Positions 11,911-22,047 of a stretch of DNA of 58,855 nucleotides are shown here, piece after piece. This DNA is from Syntrophobacterales bacterium (GTDB taxonomy: Bacteria; Desulfobacterota; Syntrophia; Syntrophales; UBA2210). Below the pieces are notes generated by a model. It was not told the DNA's origin. It did not search any database and saw only the letters and a program-made list of their open reading frames with translations. Every line of letters starts with the position of its first letter. Within the stretch, counting starts at the first letter, position 1. The stretch spans positions 1 through 58,855 of the forward strand of contig JAHDRK010000036.1 in NCBI GenBank assembly GCA_018433345.1, written 5' to 3'. A program made the position numbers and the translations under genes.

Positions 11911-13092
11911 ATGAATCCCGAATCCCCCATTTCATTCACCTGTCTCGTGAAGATCAATTCCGGCGACAGGGCCTTGGAAAATTTACCCATGGAACTCTCC
12001 GGTTTCGATGCCGCCAGGCCGCTCATCATTACGGGCAAAGACGCAGCTGACCGCAAGGCACTTCGAACATTGATCCGTGCTTTCGGAGATTCGGGCATGA
12101 CCTTTGGACTTTTCGACGGCGTGACGGATACCACCGATCTTGCCGTGATAGATGTTCTGAAGCGAACCTGCCTGGAAAAGGATTACGATGCGATCATCGC
12201 CTTGGGAGGGGCCGAGATCGTGGATGCCGCCAAGGTCCTGAACGTGTCCCTGTCGTTGAAGGTGCCCGATGCGAGGAAGATTTCGGCGGAAACGCCTATA
12301 AGAGGCCGTTTGCGGCCTCTCATGGTGGTTCTCACGGCCGGCGCAACGGGCCTTGAAACGTCCAGTGTATCCAGGTTCGAGGGAATGGTTTTTCGTTCAG
12401 AGTACTTGGCTCCCAACCTGGTCGTCATAGACCCCCGCCTCGCAGACATGGGAGATGGTAAAAGGATCGCCGAATCGGGTCTCGCCGCCCTCGGACGGCT
12501 GGTTGAGGCTCACATAAGCACCGACAAAAATCCTTTTCGGGACGCCTATTCATTCACCGCCATCCGCCTTATAGCGGAAAACTTGAAAGACGCCGTTGCC
12601 GGACACGGCGGCAAAAAGGCAGCCACGGCGGTGGGAAACGGGGTGGCCATGTCGGGCTGTGTCTTTTCAAATACCGGTGCGTTCTTGCTCCACAAGCTGG
12701 GACAGGTGGTGTACGACGTTCGAAGAATTCACCCGGGCCTGACCATGTCCATGGCTATGCTCGATGTTCTTGATTTGTACCGCCGAAGGGATGGACATGA
12801 TCTCGCAGCCCTTTTTCATCCACTGGCGGGTGATGAAGAATTCGCTCTCAGCCGCCCGGAGGACAGGGTCGACGGCGCGTTGTCCCTTCTGAGGCGGTTA
12901 ATTGCCGATGTACGGGACGCGATGGGAAAGGACACGCCGCGCAACCTCAGGGAGGCCGGGGTCCCCTGGTACATGATGGAAGACGTCTTGGAGAGGCTTG
13001 AAGCCGATCCTGACGGACCGTACCTTCGCCCCCTCGCCGAAAGGATGTGGGGAGAGGAGCCAAGCCACCTAAAGAAAGGACAGCCCACATGA
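11911..13092 (+). CDS. iron-containing alcohol dehydrogenase family protein with degenerate metal/NAD motifs
   Basis: Fe-ADH-like fold (IIALGG..VDAAK, G.TG.E.S, IDP.L), but the GGGS, D/H and H ligand motifs are altered. Confidence 0.75.
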   Translation: MNPESPISFTCLVKINSGDRALENLPMELSGFDAARPLIITGKDAADRKALRTLIRAFGDSGMTFGLFDGVTDTTDLAVIDVLKRTCLEKDYDAIIALGGAEIVDAAKVLNVSLSLKVPDARKISAETPIRGRLRPLMVVLTAGATGLETSSVSRFEGMVFRSEYLAPNLVVIDPRLADMGDGKRIAESGLAALGRLVEAHISTDKNPFRDAYSFTAIRLIAENLKDAVAGHGGKKAATAVGNGVAMSGCVFSNTGAFLLHKLGQVVYDVRRIHPGLTMSMAMLDVLDLYRRRDGHDLAALFHPLAGDEEFALSRPEDRVDGALSLLRRLIADVRDAMGKDTPRNLREAGVPWYMMEDVLERLEADPDGPYLRPLAERMWGEEPSHLKKGQPT

Positions 13093-14336
13093 TAGTGCCC
13101 GATTATTACGAGTTCTGCTGTCGGGTAAAGCTCCTGGCAGGCCACGACGCCCTGGAACGGATGGCCGATGTCCTTGCGGAGCGGGGTATTAAAAAGCCGC
13201 TCATAGTGACCGACAAGGGGGTCGCCGGCGCCGGATTGATCGACATTGTTTCCAAGGCCCTGAGCGTTTCGCTTAACGCTCATCTTGTCGCCGACACCGT
13301 TCCCCCCGATTCGGACCTCAGGGTGGTCAATGAACTGGCCGCCTTTTACCGGGATGAGGGCTGTGACGCCGTTATCGCCGTGGGCGGAGGTTCGGTGATG
13401 GACACCGCCAAGGGGATCAATATCATCGTTTCCGAAAACGCCGCCGACCTCATGGCTTTCAGCGGCGTGGGGGCGCTCAAGAGGCCGCTGAAACCGATGG
13501 TGGCCGTTCCGACTACCGCAGGCACTGGATCGGAGGTGACACAGGTGGCTGTCATAAAGGATCACGAGAGGCACCTGAAGATGGCCTTCGGGAGTTACTT
13601 TCTCCTCCCGGATATGGCGGTGCTCGATTCCCGCATGACGCTCACCGTGCCGCCTTTCATAACCGCCATGACCGGCATGGACGCCATAAGTCACGCCATG
13701 GAGGCCTACTACTGCCTTCAAAAGAACCCCTTGAGCGACGCCCATTCCCTGGCGGCCTTGAGCCTCCTTTATCGAAATCTTCCAGTGGTCACCGAGACTC
13801 CCGGCGATAGAGAGGCCCGCCTTGAGATGGCTGTCGGGGCCTGCCTTGCCGGTATCGCCTTTTCCAATTCCATGGTGGGTATGGTACACAACCTGGGGCA
13901 TGCCACGGGTTCCGTCTGCGGAGTGCCGCACGGCTTGTGCATGGCCATATTCCTGCCTTACGGGCTTGAATACAATATGCATAAACGAGGCGATATAATG
14001 GGAGAGCTTCTGTTGCCACTTGCCGGCGAGGCGGAGTACCGTGAAACGCCCCGGGAGCAGAGGGCAAAGAAAGTTGTATCACTCGTACGGCGGATGAATT
14101 CCAAGCTCAATGAGCTGACCGGCGGAAGACACGCCCGGTGTCTCCGCGAGGTCGTCGATCGGGACGGCGTCCCGATGGTTCCGCGGGAAGTTCTGCCCGA
14201 GATAGCGCGGGCCGCGCTGCTCGACGGCGCTTCCGTGTACAATCCCGAGGAAGCGGATTATGACGACAATGTTATGGTTCTCGAGGCGGCATGGGAAGGG
14301 GAGCCTCTCGACCGAGGCAAAGTGAAAGGGGGCTGA
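13089..14336 (+). CDS. iron-containing alcohol dehydrogenase
   Basis: GGGSVMDTAK, PTTAGTGSE, DAISHAME, HNLGH, PHG; ATGA overlap with the upstream paralog. Confidence 0.93.
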   Translation: MIVPDYYEFCCRVKLLAGHDALERMADVLAERGIKKPLIVTDKGVAGAGLIDIVSKALSVSLNAHLVADTVPPDSDLRVVNELAAFYRDEGCDAVIAVGGGSVMDTAKGINIIVSENAADLMAFSGVGALKRPLKPMVAVPTTAGTGSEVTQVAVIKDHERHLKMAFGSYFLLPDMAVLDSRMTLTVPPFITAMTGMDAISHAMEAYYCLQKNPLSDAHSLAALSLLYRNLPVVTETPGDREARLEMAVGACLAGIAFSNSMVGMVHNLGHATGSVCGVPHGLCMAIFLPYGLEYNMHKRGDIMGELLLPLAGEAEYRETPREQRAKKVVSLVRRMNSKLNELTGGRHARCLREVVDRDGVPMVPREVLPEIARAALLDGASVYNPEEADYDDNVMVLEAAWEGEPLDRGKVKGG

Positions 14337-14343
14337 CAAGAGA

Positions 14344-16308
14344 ATGGATGGACGATCAATGAAAATGCCGTACATGGGGAAAATCCTGGTGGTGGATTTG
14401 ACCCGGGGCGTTATGGAAGAGGAAACCATACCCGACCGGGTGTATGAACAATATCTCTCCGGCATGGGACTTGGCGCCTATATCCTATACCACCGCGTCC
14501 CGCCGGGCGCCGATCCCCTGGGACCCGATAATATACTGGGTTTTTGTTCGGGCCTTCTCACGGGGACGGGAAGCCTTTTTTCCGGCCGCTGGATGTTGGT
14601 GGGAAAGTCCCCGCTCACCGGTGGGTGGGGCGACGCGAATTGTGGAGGCACTTTTTCGCCCGCGATCAAGCGGTGTGGTTATGACGCCCTGTTTTTCAAA
14701 GGGACGAGTCGGGACCCGGTGTACCTGTACGTAAAAAACGGCAGGGCGAACCTGAAAGACGCGGGCGACCTCTGGGGCATGGATGCCGTCGAGACCGAGG
14801 AGCTTCTGAAGGAACGTCACGGCGCCAAGGCGGCGGTGGCCGTCATTGGTACCGCCGGTGAAAGGCTTTCTCTAATATCGGGTGTCTGCAACGACAGGGG
14901 ACGAATAGCCGCACGCTCCGGTCTCGGCGCCGTTATGGGTTCCAAAAGGCTCAAGGCGGTGGTGCTTGACGGTGTGAAACGTATCGGCGTCCATGACCGC
15001 GCGGAAATGAAGAATCTGAGCAAGCATTGCATCAAGTGGGTTAATTTGCCTCTCCCTTTACCTCCCGCCGGGATCTTCGCCAGGGCGGGCGCCCTGATGC
15101 GCGTGACCCCCGTTCTCCTTGCCCAGGATGGACTTCTGTACCGCTCAATTCTCAAGAAATGGGGAACGGCGGGTATGAACCAGGTGTCCATAGAAATGGG
15201 CGATGCACCGATAAAAAACTGGGACGGTTCAAATGTAGATTTCCCCCTGGAAAAGTCCCGGAAGATCAGCCCGGCAATCATCAGGGAAAGGGAGATCATG
15301 AAATACCACTGTTACTCCTGCCCCCTTGGATGCGGGGGCATAAGTGCCGCGACGGGAAAGTACGCCCGAATCCACAAGCCCGAGTATGAAAGCATTTTGG
15401 CGCTCGGCGCCCTATGTATGAACGAAGACCTGGACAGCGTATATTACTTGAATGAGCTGCTCAACCGGGCGGGAATGGATACGATCTCTGCCGGCGGTAC
15501 GGCGGCGTTCGCCATCGAATGTTACGAAAAAGGTATCCTTACCGGCGGGGATACGGATGGGCTCGAGTTGAAATGGGGGAATACGGAGGCACTGGTCGCC
15601 CTCATCAAGAAAATGATACGCCGAGAGGGAATCGGCGATCTCCTGGCCGACGGGGTGAAAATAGCGGCCGAAAAAATCGGCAAGGGTTCGATGGAGTACG
15701 CCATCCAGGCGGGGGGGCAGGAGCTGCCGATGCACGACGGTAGGAACGACCCGGGATTCAACGTTCACTACAGCCTTGAACCGGCGCCGGGCAAGCACAC
15801 GACGGGGGCACACCTGTATTACGAGATGTTTCAGCTGTGGAAAAAGCTGAAAGATCTGCCGAATCCGGGCCTTTTCATCACGAAAGACGGCAAATTCGAG
15901 ATCGATGAAGACAAGGCGCGGGCCGCCGCTGCCTGCAGCACGTTCATGAGCCTCGCTAATGCCGCGGGAATGTGCCTCTTCGGTCTCTTCCTGGGGGCGA
16001 CCCGTATACCGACATTCGAGTGGCTGAACGCGGCTATGGGGAGGCAGTGGTCGCCGGAAGAATACATGGTCATCGGCGAGCGTATCCATACCCTGAAGCA
16101 GGCCTTCAATGTCAAGCACGGTATAGAATCGAGGGACAATTTCGCGAGCGGCCGGGCGCTCGGCGTGATTCCCCAGCAAGAAGGCGCCAACAAGGGGCGA
16201 TCCGTTGACATTGAAAAACACGCACCGCTCTATTGGAAACAGTTCGGGTGGGATACGGAGACCGGGAAACCGAAACCCGAAACCCTACGGAAGCTGGGAA
16301 TAGAGTAA
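14344..16308 (+). CDS. aor: aldehyde:ferredoxin oxidoreductase (W/Mo AOR family)
   Basis: KSPLTGG, AARSGLGAVMGSKRLKAV, CYSCPLGC, PEYE, GMDTIS; start may be 14359. Confidence 0.92.
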   Translation: MDGRSMKMPYMGKILVVDLTRGVMEEETIPDRVYEQYLSGMGLGAYILYHRVPPGADPLGPDNILGFCSGLLTGTGSLFSGRWMLVGKSPLTGGWGDANCGGTFSPAIKRCGYDALFFKGTSRDPVYLYVKNGRANLKDAGDLWGMDAVETEELLKERHGAKAAVAVIGTAGERLSLISGVCNDRGRIAARSGLGAVMGSKRLKAVVLDGVKRIGVHDRAEMKNLSKHCIKWVNLPLPLPPAGIFARAGALMRVTPVLLAQDGLLYRSILKKWGTAGMNQVSIEMGDAPIKNWDGSNVDFPLEKSRKISPAIIREREIMKYHCYSCPLGCGGISAATGKYARIHKPEYESILALGALCMNEDLDSVYYLNELLNRAGMDTISAGGTAAFAIECYEKGILTGGDTDGLELKWGNTEALVALIKKMIRREGIGDLLADGVKIAAEKIGKGSMEYAIQAGGQELPMHDGRNDPGFNVHYSLEPAPGKHTTGAHLYYEMFQLWKKLKDLPNPGLFITKDGKFEIDEDKARAAAACSTFMSLANAAGMCLFGLFLGATRIPTFEWLNAAMGRQWSPEEYMVIGERIHTLKQAFNVKHGIESRDNFASGRALGVIPQQEGANKGRSVDIEKHAPLYWKQFGWDTETGKPKPETLRKLGIE

Positions 16309-16321
16309 AAAGGGAAATCAA

Positions 16322-16756
16322 ATGTCTTACAAAATCATGGAAGCGTGTAACGGTTGCGGGGCATGTGTTCGCCTATGTCCGGCAGACGCCGTTTCGGGGG
16401 AGAGGAAGAAGCTTCACGTCATAGCCGAAGATCTGTGCATCGAGTGCGGCGCCTGTGGCAGGATATGCCCCCGGGCCGCCGTGTTGAACGGAGGCGGAAT
16501 GGTTTGTGTCGCGGTCAAACGATCCGAGTGGCCCAAGCCGGAACTGGTGATCGAGGAGTGCACGGCCTGCGGTATATGCGTTGACGCCTGTCCCGTGGGC
16601 TGCCTGCAGTTTTTGGGAATGCCCGTGGAAAGTGGCGGCCACGTCTATCCTTGTCTCAAAGACTCGAGGGCATGCATAGGCTGTGGTTTCTGTAGCATTG
16701 AATGCCCTTCTGACGCCTTAGTGATGAAACGACCCGTGAAGTCCGCGGGTTCTTGA
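16322..16756 (+). CDS. polyferredoxin with four [4Fe-4S] motifs
   Basis: Four CxxCxxCxxxCP motifs; follows aor. Confidence 0.92.
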   Translation: MSYKIMEACNGCGACVRLCPADAVSGERKKLHVIAEDLCIECGACGRICPRAAVLNGGGMVCVAVKRSEWPKPELVIEECTACGICVDACPVGCLQFLGMPVESGGHVYPCLKDSRACIGCGFCSIECPSDALVMKRPVKSAGS

Positions 16757-16848
16757 TTTGTTGGAAAAAGCCGAGTGCCGTCATTATGACGGGGTGGGCT
16801 CATGTAAGTCAATCGTAGAAAAAATCGTGCGGGATTTGGAGGGGGACC

Positions 16849-17694
16849 ATGACACTTACGATCACATCTAAATTGCCTCTCAACGACGGAATGGCCGTTC
16901 CGCGCTTCGGCCTGGGGACCTTTTTGTCCGAGCCTGGCAACCAGACGAGAGACGCCGTGCTTTGGGCGCTCGAGGCGGGGTACCGCCACATTGACACGGC
17001 CCGGATTTATGGGAACGAGGAGGACGTTGGGCGGGCCGTTCGAGAAAGCGGAATCCCACGGGGGGAGATCTACGTTACCACGAAGGTCTGGAACGATGAC
17101 CAGGGGTACGACTCGACGCTGCGGGCCTGTAATGAAAGCTTGGAACGTCTGGGCATGGACTATGTCGATTTGTATCTCATTCATTGGCCCGTGCCCGGCT
17201 TGAGAGGCGATACCTGGAAGGCGCTGATCGAGCTTCGAAAAATGGGCAAGACACGATCAATAGGCGTAAGCAACTATATGATCAGGCACCTCGATGAGCT
17301 GCTTTCTCAATCCGATGTGACACCGGCAGTCGACCAGGTGGAAATAAGTCCCTTTATGCAACGCAGGGAGCTCACCGCTTACTGCCGTGAAAAAGGGATG
17401 GTTGTCGAATCATACAGCACCTTGGGCCGGGGACAGAGGGTCAACGACGAAAGGTTGGCCGCCATCGGCAAGCCGTACGGGAAAACACCGGCACAGGTGG
17501 CCCTTCGCTGGGCCCTGCAGTCGGACTTGGTCGTCATTCCGAAATCGGTGCACAAGGAACGGATCTACGAAAACGCCGCCATATTCGATTTCGAGCTTTC
17601 CGACGCCGACATGGAAAAGATAGCCGGTTTCGACGAAAACGCCTCCGTCCTTCCACCCTCGTGGGACCCGGAAACGTCGGACAAGTGGAGATAG
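16849..17694 (+). CDS. aldo/keto reductase (DkgA/YtbE-like)
   Basis: GYRHIDTA..Y.NE, TTKVWN, DLYLIHWP, IGVSN, IPKS. Confidence 0.94.
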   Translation: MTLTITSKLPLNDGMAVPRFGLGTFLSEPGNQTRDAVLWALEAGYRHIDTARIYGNEEDVGRAVRESGIPRGEIYVTTKVWNDDQGYDSTLRACNESLERLGMDYVDLYLIHWPVPGLRGDTWKALIELRKMGKTRSIGVSNYMIRHLDELLSQSDVTPAVDQVEISPFMQRRELTAYCREKGMVVESYSTLGRGQRVNDERLAAIGKPYGKTPAQVALRWALQSDLVVIPKSVHKERIYENAAIFDFELSDADMEKIAGFDENASVLPPSWDPETSDKWR

Positions 17695-17817
17695 TAAAAG
17701 CTTCAGCCCTTGCGGTCCGGAAAATCACCCTGAAAACAGGCAGGCGCTTGGTGTTGATAAACCCAGCCCAATGCGGGAGGGATTCGTTTTTATTAATTCT
17801 TTAGGAGGAGGAAAAAC

Positions 17818-18585
17818 ATGAAGAAAACGGTAGACTTTTCATTGGATGGAAAAATCGCTTTGGTGACGGGGGCAAGCAGGGGAATAGGCGAGGCCATATC
17901 CATGACATTGGCGGATTACGGCGCTGAGGTTATTCTTGTAAGCCGGAAGCTCGATGCCCTCAAGGAGGTGGCGGGCAAGATCGAGGAGGCGGGCGGCAAG
18001 GCCGTACCCATAGCCAGCCACGTGGGCAAACCCGAGCAGATACGAGAACTGTTCGATCAAGTGAGGGAGAGGTTCGGAAAGCTGGACATCCTGGTGAACA
18101 ACGCCGCCACGAATCCATATTTCGGTGAGATGCTGGGGGCGGACGAGGGTGTCTGGGACAAGACTAACGACGTAAACCTGAAGGGACCGTTCTTCATGAT
18201 CCAGTACGCGGCGAAGCTCATGGCCGAAAACGGCGGTGGTTCGATCGTGAATGTCTCTTCGGTGAACGGGATCAGCCCCGCCCTGTTCCAGGGGATTTAT
18301 TCAATCACCAAGGCAGGAGTTATCAACATGACGAAGGGTTACGCGCAGGAACTGGCGGACAAGAACATCAGGGTCAATGCCCTTCTGCCGGGACTTACAA
18401 AGACCAAGTTCGCCGAGGCGCTTTTTACCAACGAAGACATATACAATGAAGCCCTTGCCAAGGTTCCCATGAAACGCCACGCCGTTCCCATGGAAATGGC
18501 CGGCGCGGTGCTTTACCTCGTATCCGACGCCTCTTCCTATACAACGGGGACCTGTATCGTCTGTGACGGGGGCATGTTGATATAA
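17818..18585 (+). CDS. short-chain dehydrogenase/reductase
   Basis: TGASRGIG, NNAATNP, YSITK catalytic motif. Confidence 0.93.
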   Translation: MKKTVDFSLDGKIALVTGASRGIGEAISMTLADYGAEVILVSRKLDALKEVAGKIEEAGGKAVPIASHVGKPEQIRELFDQVRERFGKLDILVNNAATNPYFGEMLGADEGVWDKTNDVNLKGPFFMIQYAAKLMAENGGGSIVNVSSVNGISPALFQGIYSITKAGVINMTKGYAQELADKNIRVNALLPGLTKTKFAEALFTNEDIYNEALAKVPMKRHAVPMEMAGAVLYLVSDASSYTTGTCIVCDGGMLI

Positions 18586-18858
18586 AAACGGGATGTTCGT
18601 TTCCAAAATCTCTTTTCTCGCATTCCGGGCGGGGAAGTTCGATAAGCCTGCCCGGAAACGGGTCGGCGGGAATCGGGGAAGTATTCCATAACGCCGGATG
18701 CTCCGCCGAGGGGATCAAATCCGGCCCGTGCCTCCGGCGCGGCAAGGATTCCGGATTTATGCGGTTGTGTGAGGATCGTGATTCCATGGGCCCGCCGCGT
18801 CATGAAAGGCGGACCTATCTGCATCCACCGGCGGGGTTTTCAGAAAACCGGCACGGGT

Positions 18859-20088
18859 TTACGCGGTAACGTCCTCTCTTGAGGTTTCTCTGAGAAAACA
18901 GCGGGGATCTTCGGCGAGGTAGTCGCCGGTGTAAGCGTGCGCCCGTCCGCGACAGCCTCCGCAGACGGTACGGTAACGGCAGTCGCCGCAGAGACCTTTC
19001 AGTGTTTCTTCACGCCGCCTGAGGTTTTGAAACAACTCGGATTCATGATAGATCTCGTAGAAACTTTTCTCGCGGACCGATCCACCGCTCACCTCGACGA
19101 AGGGACAGGGCCAGACATTTCCGTCGGCCTTGATGTACACGAAGCCTCGGCCGGCAGAGCATCCATGGAACACCTTTCCCGCCAGGTCAAGCTTGAAGCC
19201 GTCGCGGATACCCCCCCTTTCCAAGAGGTAAGGCCAGTACTGGGGACCCGCAACGGGTTCGATGATCATGGAGGATTGTTTTTGTTTTTCTGAAATCAGC
19301 TTGCTGAGATGTTTGTTGGCGCTTTTCTTGAGGGTCGCCGTTTTTATTTTCTGTCCCCGTCCCACGGCCACCAACTGATACATGAGCATAATTCCCGCGC
19401 CGCATTTATCGGCAAAATCGATCAATTCAGGCAGGTTTTCCATGTTGTATTCCATGGCCGTGGTGTTGATCTGGAGAAGTATGCCCACTTTTTTCGTGGC
19501 TTCGATGGCACGCATTGCAAGGTCAAATGCATCGGGTCGGTTTCGTATACTGTTGTGGATTTTGGGATCGGAGGCGTCCACGCTTATGGCGTTACAGACG
19601 ACGCCGTGATCTTTCAGCTTAAAGGCGGTCTCCTCGTCGATGAGGGTTCCGTTCGTGGCGAGAATGTTTGCGAGCCCCGCCTGTTGTGAATGGCGCAGGA
19701 GTTCATAGATGTCGGGTCGAACCAATGGTTCTCCGCCGGTGTACACCAGTGTTCGGAATTCGGACTCCGCGGCGATCATGTCTATCAGTTTTTTGCCTTC
19801 ATCGGTGGTAAGTTCCCCGGGAGCGGCCTTGCCGCTCACGGCGTGGCAGTGGATGCACCTCAGGTTGCAGGCGCCGGTGACCTCCCATACCGGATGCCCG
19901 GGATATCCGATGCACCCCATTCCAAGGGCGCCGTTCGCCACAGGCATTGACGGCAGGCCGTGGCGGACAAGCCAGTGGGGAAACCGGCGCCAACCATTTA
20001 GGTATCCCATGAGCAATGTGCTTCCCGCCTGCCTCAAGAGAAGGGAGGGCGGGTTGAAGAATTTTTTTGCCTGTCTGTTTTTTTTCAT
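18859..20088 (-). CDS. radical SAM/SPASM domain protein (NirJ/AhbD-like superfamily)
   Basis: CNLRCIHC, GGEPL, SPASM C.AG...G.V.PC and CGDC.Y...CGGCR..A...DP.C. Confidence 0.9.
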   Translation of the reverse strand: MKKNRQAKKFFNPPSLLLRQAGSTLLMGYLNGWRRFPHWLVRHGLPSMPVANGALGMGCIGYPGHPVWEVTGACNLRCIHCHAVSGKAAPGELTTDEGKKLIDMIAAESEFRTLVYTGGEPLVRPDIYELLRHSQQAGLANILATNGTLIDEETAFKLKDHGVVCNAISVDASDPKIHNSIRNRPDAFDLAMRAIEATKKVGILLQINTTAMEYNMENLPELIDFADKCGAGIMLMYQLVAVGRGQKIKTATLKKSANKHLSKLISEKQKQSSMIIEPVAGPQYWPYLLERGGIRDGFKLDLAGKVFHGCSAGRGFVYIKADGNVWPCPFVEVSGGSVREKSFYEIYHESELFQNLRRREETLKGLCGDCRYRTVCGGCRGRAHAYTGDYLAEDPRCFLRETSREDVTA

Positions 20089-21026
20089 AATGCGTATGCC
20101 AGGAGGTACGAGATGGAGACCCCGAGGTTAACGACTATGGTAAGGCCGCACAATAGTTCCAGCCTCCCCGGATCGTCGTAAAGGTTCCGCTTCACGGTCG
20201 TTGCGCAGTAAAGGTCGATTGCAACGACAGGCAGAGCGAACCAGACCACTTTAAAAGGAACCCCAAAAAAAGGGGACAACAACATGGTAATGGAGACCAG
20301 GAGAGCCGCCGCGATGTAAAGCGTTCTACCTCCTTCTTTGCCCAGGCGGCAGAGCAGATTTTTTTTCCCCGAGATCATGTCCGCTTCATAATCAGGAAAT
20401 TCGTTGAGAAGGATGACGTTGAAGATTGAGAGGCCGACGGGAAGAGATATCCAGTGGATAACCGGAAAGACGGTTCCCGCTTGTATGTAGCAGGCCGCGG
20501 CAATGGGAAGCCACCCGAAACAGAAACCTATGAACAGTTCGCCGACGCCCCGCTTGACCAGGCGGATCGGTTCGGTGGAATAGAAAAAACCCGGCAGGGC
20601 GCCCATGAAACCGAGGGCAAGCGTCCAGGGCCCGGTTTGATAGACGAACCGGAGAATGATCCCTATCGCCAGGGCTGCTGAAAGGCTGATGACGCTTGTA
20701 TAAAGCGGTACGGCAGGCGGCATTTTCCCCGATGGCATCACGCCGGAACCACCGGCGAAAGGGTTTTTGTGAATGCCGGCGGAGATGGAATCCTCTTTCC
20801 GGTCGAAATATTCGCCGGCATGATAGGTGGAAAGCATTATGAGGATGACGGCCGCCACGCCCAGAAGAAATATTTCCAGGTTAAAGACCTGCCCCAGGCG
20901 AAAGGCCAGGAGGGTTCCCAACAGGAAGGGGATGACGCCCACGAGATGGAAAGGGAGGCGGGACAGGGCGATCCATCCCCCGATCATTTTTCCCGCCGAA
21001 TGCACCGCCGGTTGGGTTCCCGTCAT
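20085..21026 (-). CDS. UbiA-family prenyltransferase (MenA-like)
   Basis: Multi-TM; EYFD...D, FAGGSG, YS..P.RL, NE.PDYEAD...GK.NL motifs; start uncertain (21026 or 21071). Confidence 0.85.
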   Translation of the reverse strand: MTGTQPAVHSAGKMIGGWIALSRLPFHLVGVIPFLLGTLLAFRLGQVFNLEIFLLGVAAVILIMLSTYHAGEYFDRKEDSISAGIHKNPFAGGSGVMPSGKMPPAVPLYTSVISLSAALAIGIILRFVYQTGPWTLALGFMGALPGFFYSTEPIRLVKRGVGELFIGFCFGWLPIAAACYIQAGTVFPVIHWISLPVGLSIFNVILLNEFPDYEADMISGKKNLLCRLGKEGGRTLYIAAALLVSITMLLSPFFGVPFKVVWFALPVVAIDLYCATTVKRNLYDDPGRLELLCGLTIVVNLGVSISYLLAYAL

Positions 21027-21276
21027 ATTGGTCTCCGTTTTCTTCCGATGTCGCCCGGAGGCACATACCACAAGTTTCTCCTTTTGTCATCGTCTTGAAC
21101 GGTGATCAGCGGAAAATAATTGAGCGAAACCCTCCCGTGAAGGGAATTGCCGTGTAAATTTATGGTATCGAAATGAACCGGAAGCGGCTTCGTGGCTCGT
21201 CGGAGCGGCATCCATCTCGGCGTACCTGTGAGTAAGGGCGAAAGACGCGAAGAACAGGCCTTCCCGCCTTATTTTG

Positions 21277-21975
21277 TCACCTGCATTTGCCGACGGCGCC
21301 GGGTTTGCATCGTCGCCCGTCGACCCAAGTCACCCCTTCCAGGGCTGTTCCCTGGAGACTCGCCCCGTGGAGGTTCGCTCCGCGCAGGTTCGCCCCTCTC
21401 AGGTCAGCCCCGTCGAGAACAGCCCCTCGCAGGTCCGTCCATGCCATGTTCGCTCTCCGAAGGTCGGCCCCGCTCAAGTCGGCCCCGCTGAGGTCGGCGC
21501 CCGGCATCCTTCCTGCGTCTCTGTACTCCCAGGCGTGAAGGCGGCTTATGGCGGGTATCTTTGGGTCATCTCCGGCAAGATAGGCGTCCCGGAGATCTGC
21601 ATTTCTCAGATTGGCGCCGCTGAGGTTGGTTTCTTCGAGATGAACCCAGCCGTAATAGGCTCCTCGAAGGTCCGCCCCGACAAGCTTTGCTTCCTCCATG
21701 TCCGCCTTGACGAGGTTGCACCATGCCAGACAGGCGCCGCTGAGATCGGCACCTCGAAGGACAGCACCGGACAGGTCCGATGTCTTCAGGTCCGCCCCTG
21801 ACAGATCGACACCTTGCAGATCGGCCCCGCTGAGATCGCACCCCCTGCAGATACGGCTGTTTTTGGCCGTTTCCACGTGTCTCGGATCGAAGGAATAAGC
21901 CCGATCGCCCGTTGCCAGCAGGAAAAGGGCGGCGGTTGCCATCGCCAAGAGAGTCTTCACTGAGTCCTTTTTCAT
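21277..21975 (-). CDS. secreted pentapeptide repeat protein
   Basis: Signal peptide; C..CDLSGADL and many A(D/N)L.G repeats; C-terminal WVDG..C...G.C. Confidence 0.88.
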   Translation of the reverse strand: MKKDSVKTLLAMATAALFLLATGDRAYSFDPRHVETAKNSRICRGCDLSGADLQGVDLSGADLKTSDLSGAVLRGADLSGACLAWCNLVKADMEEAKLVGADLRGAYYGWVHLEETNLSGANLRNADLRDAYLAGDDPKIPAISRLHAWEYRDAGRMPGADLSGADLSGADLRRANMAWTDLRGAVLDGADLRGANLRGANLHGASLQGTALEGVTWVDGRRCKPGAVGKCR

Positions 21976-22047
21976 TTTACAATACTTTTCTAAATGTCGT
22001 TTGCGATGTTTGTCGATCGCTCCATGGCCTGCTTGCCGCGCTCGGTG

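Noticed and set aside
12816-13982. Long antisense ORFs (also 4743-5582, 23437-24462, 24733-25731, 53579-54406)
   Set aside because: Shadows of well-supported genes on the opposite strand in GC-rich DNA, with no recognisable motifs
21200-21279. Selenocysteine read-through of the TGA after the Cys-containing C-terminus
   Set aside because: The terminus matches the usual end of such proteins and no convincing SECIS or continuation was seen
21300-21840. Quasi-periodic 15-bp DNA repeats as a CRISPR array or VNTR
   Set aside because: Explained by the pentapeptide-repeat coding sequence; no unique spacers or cas genes
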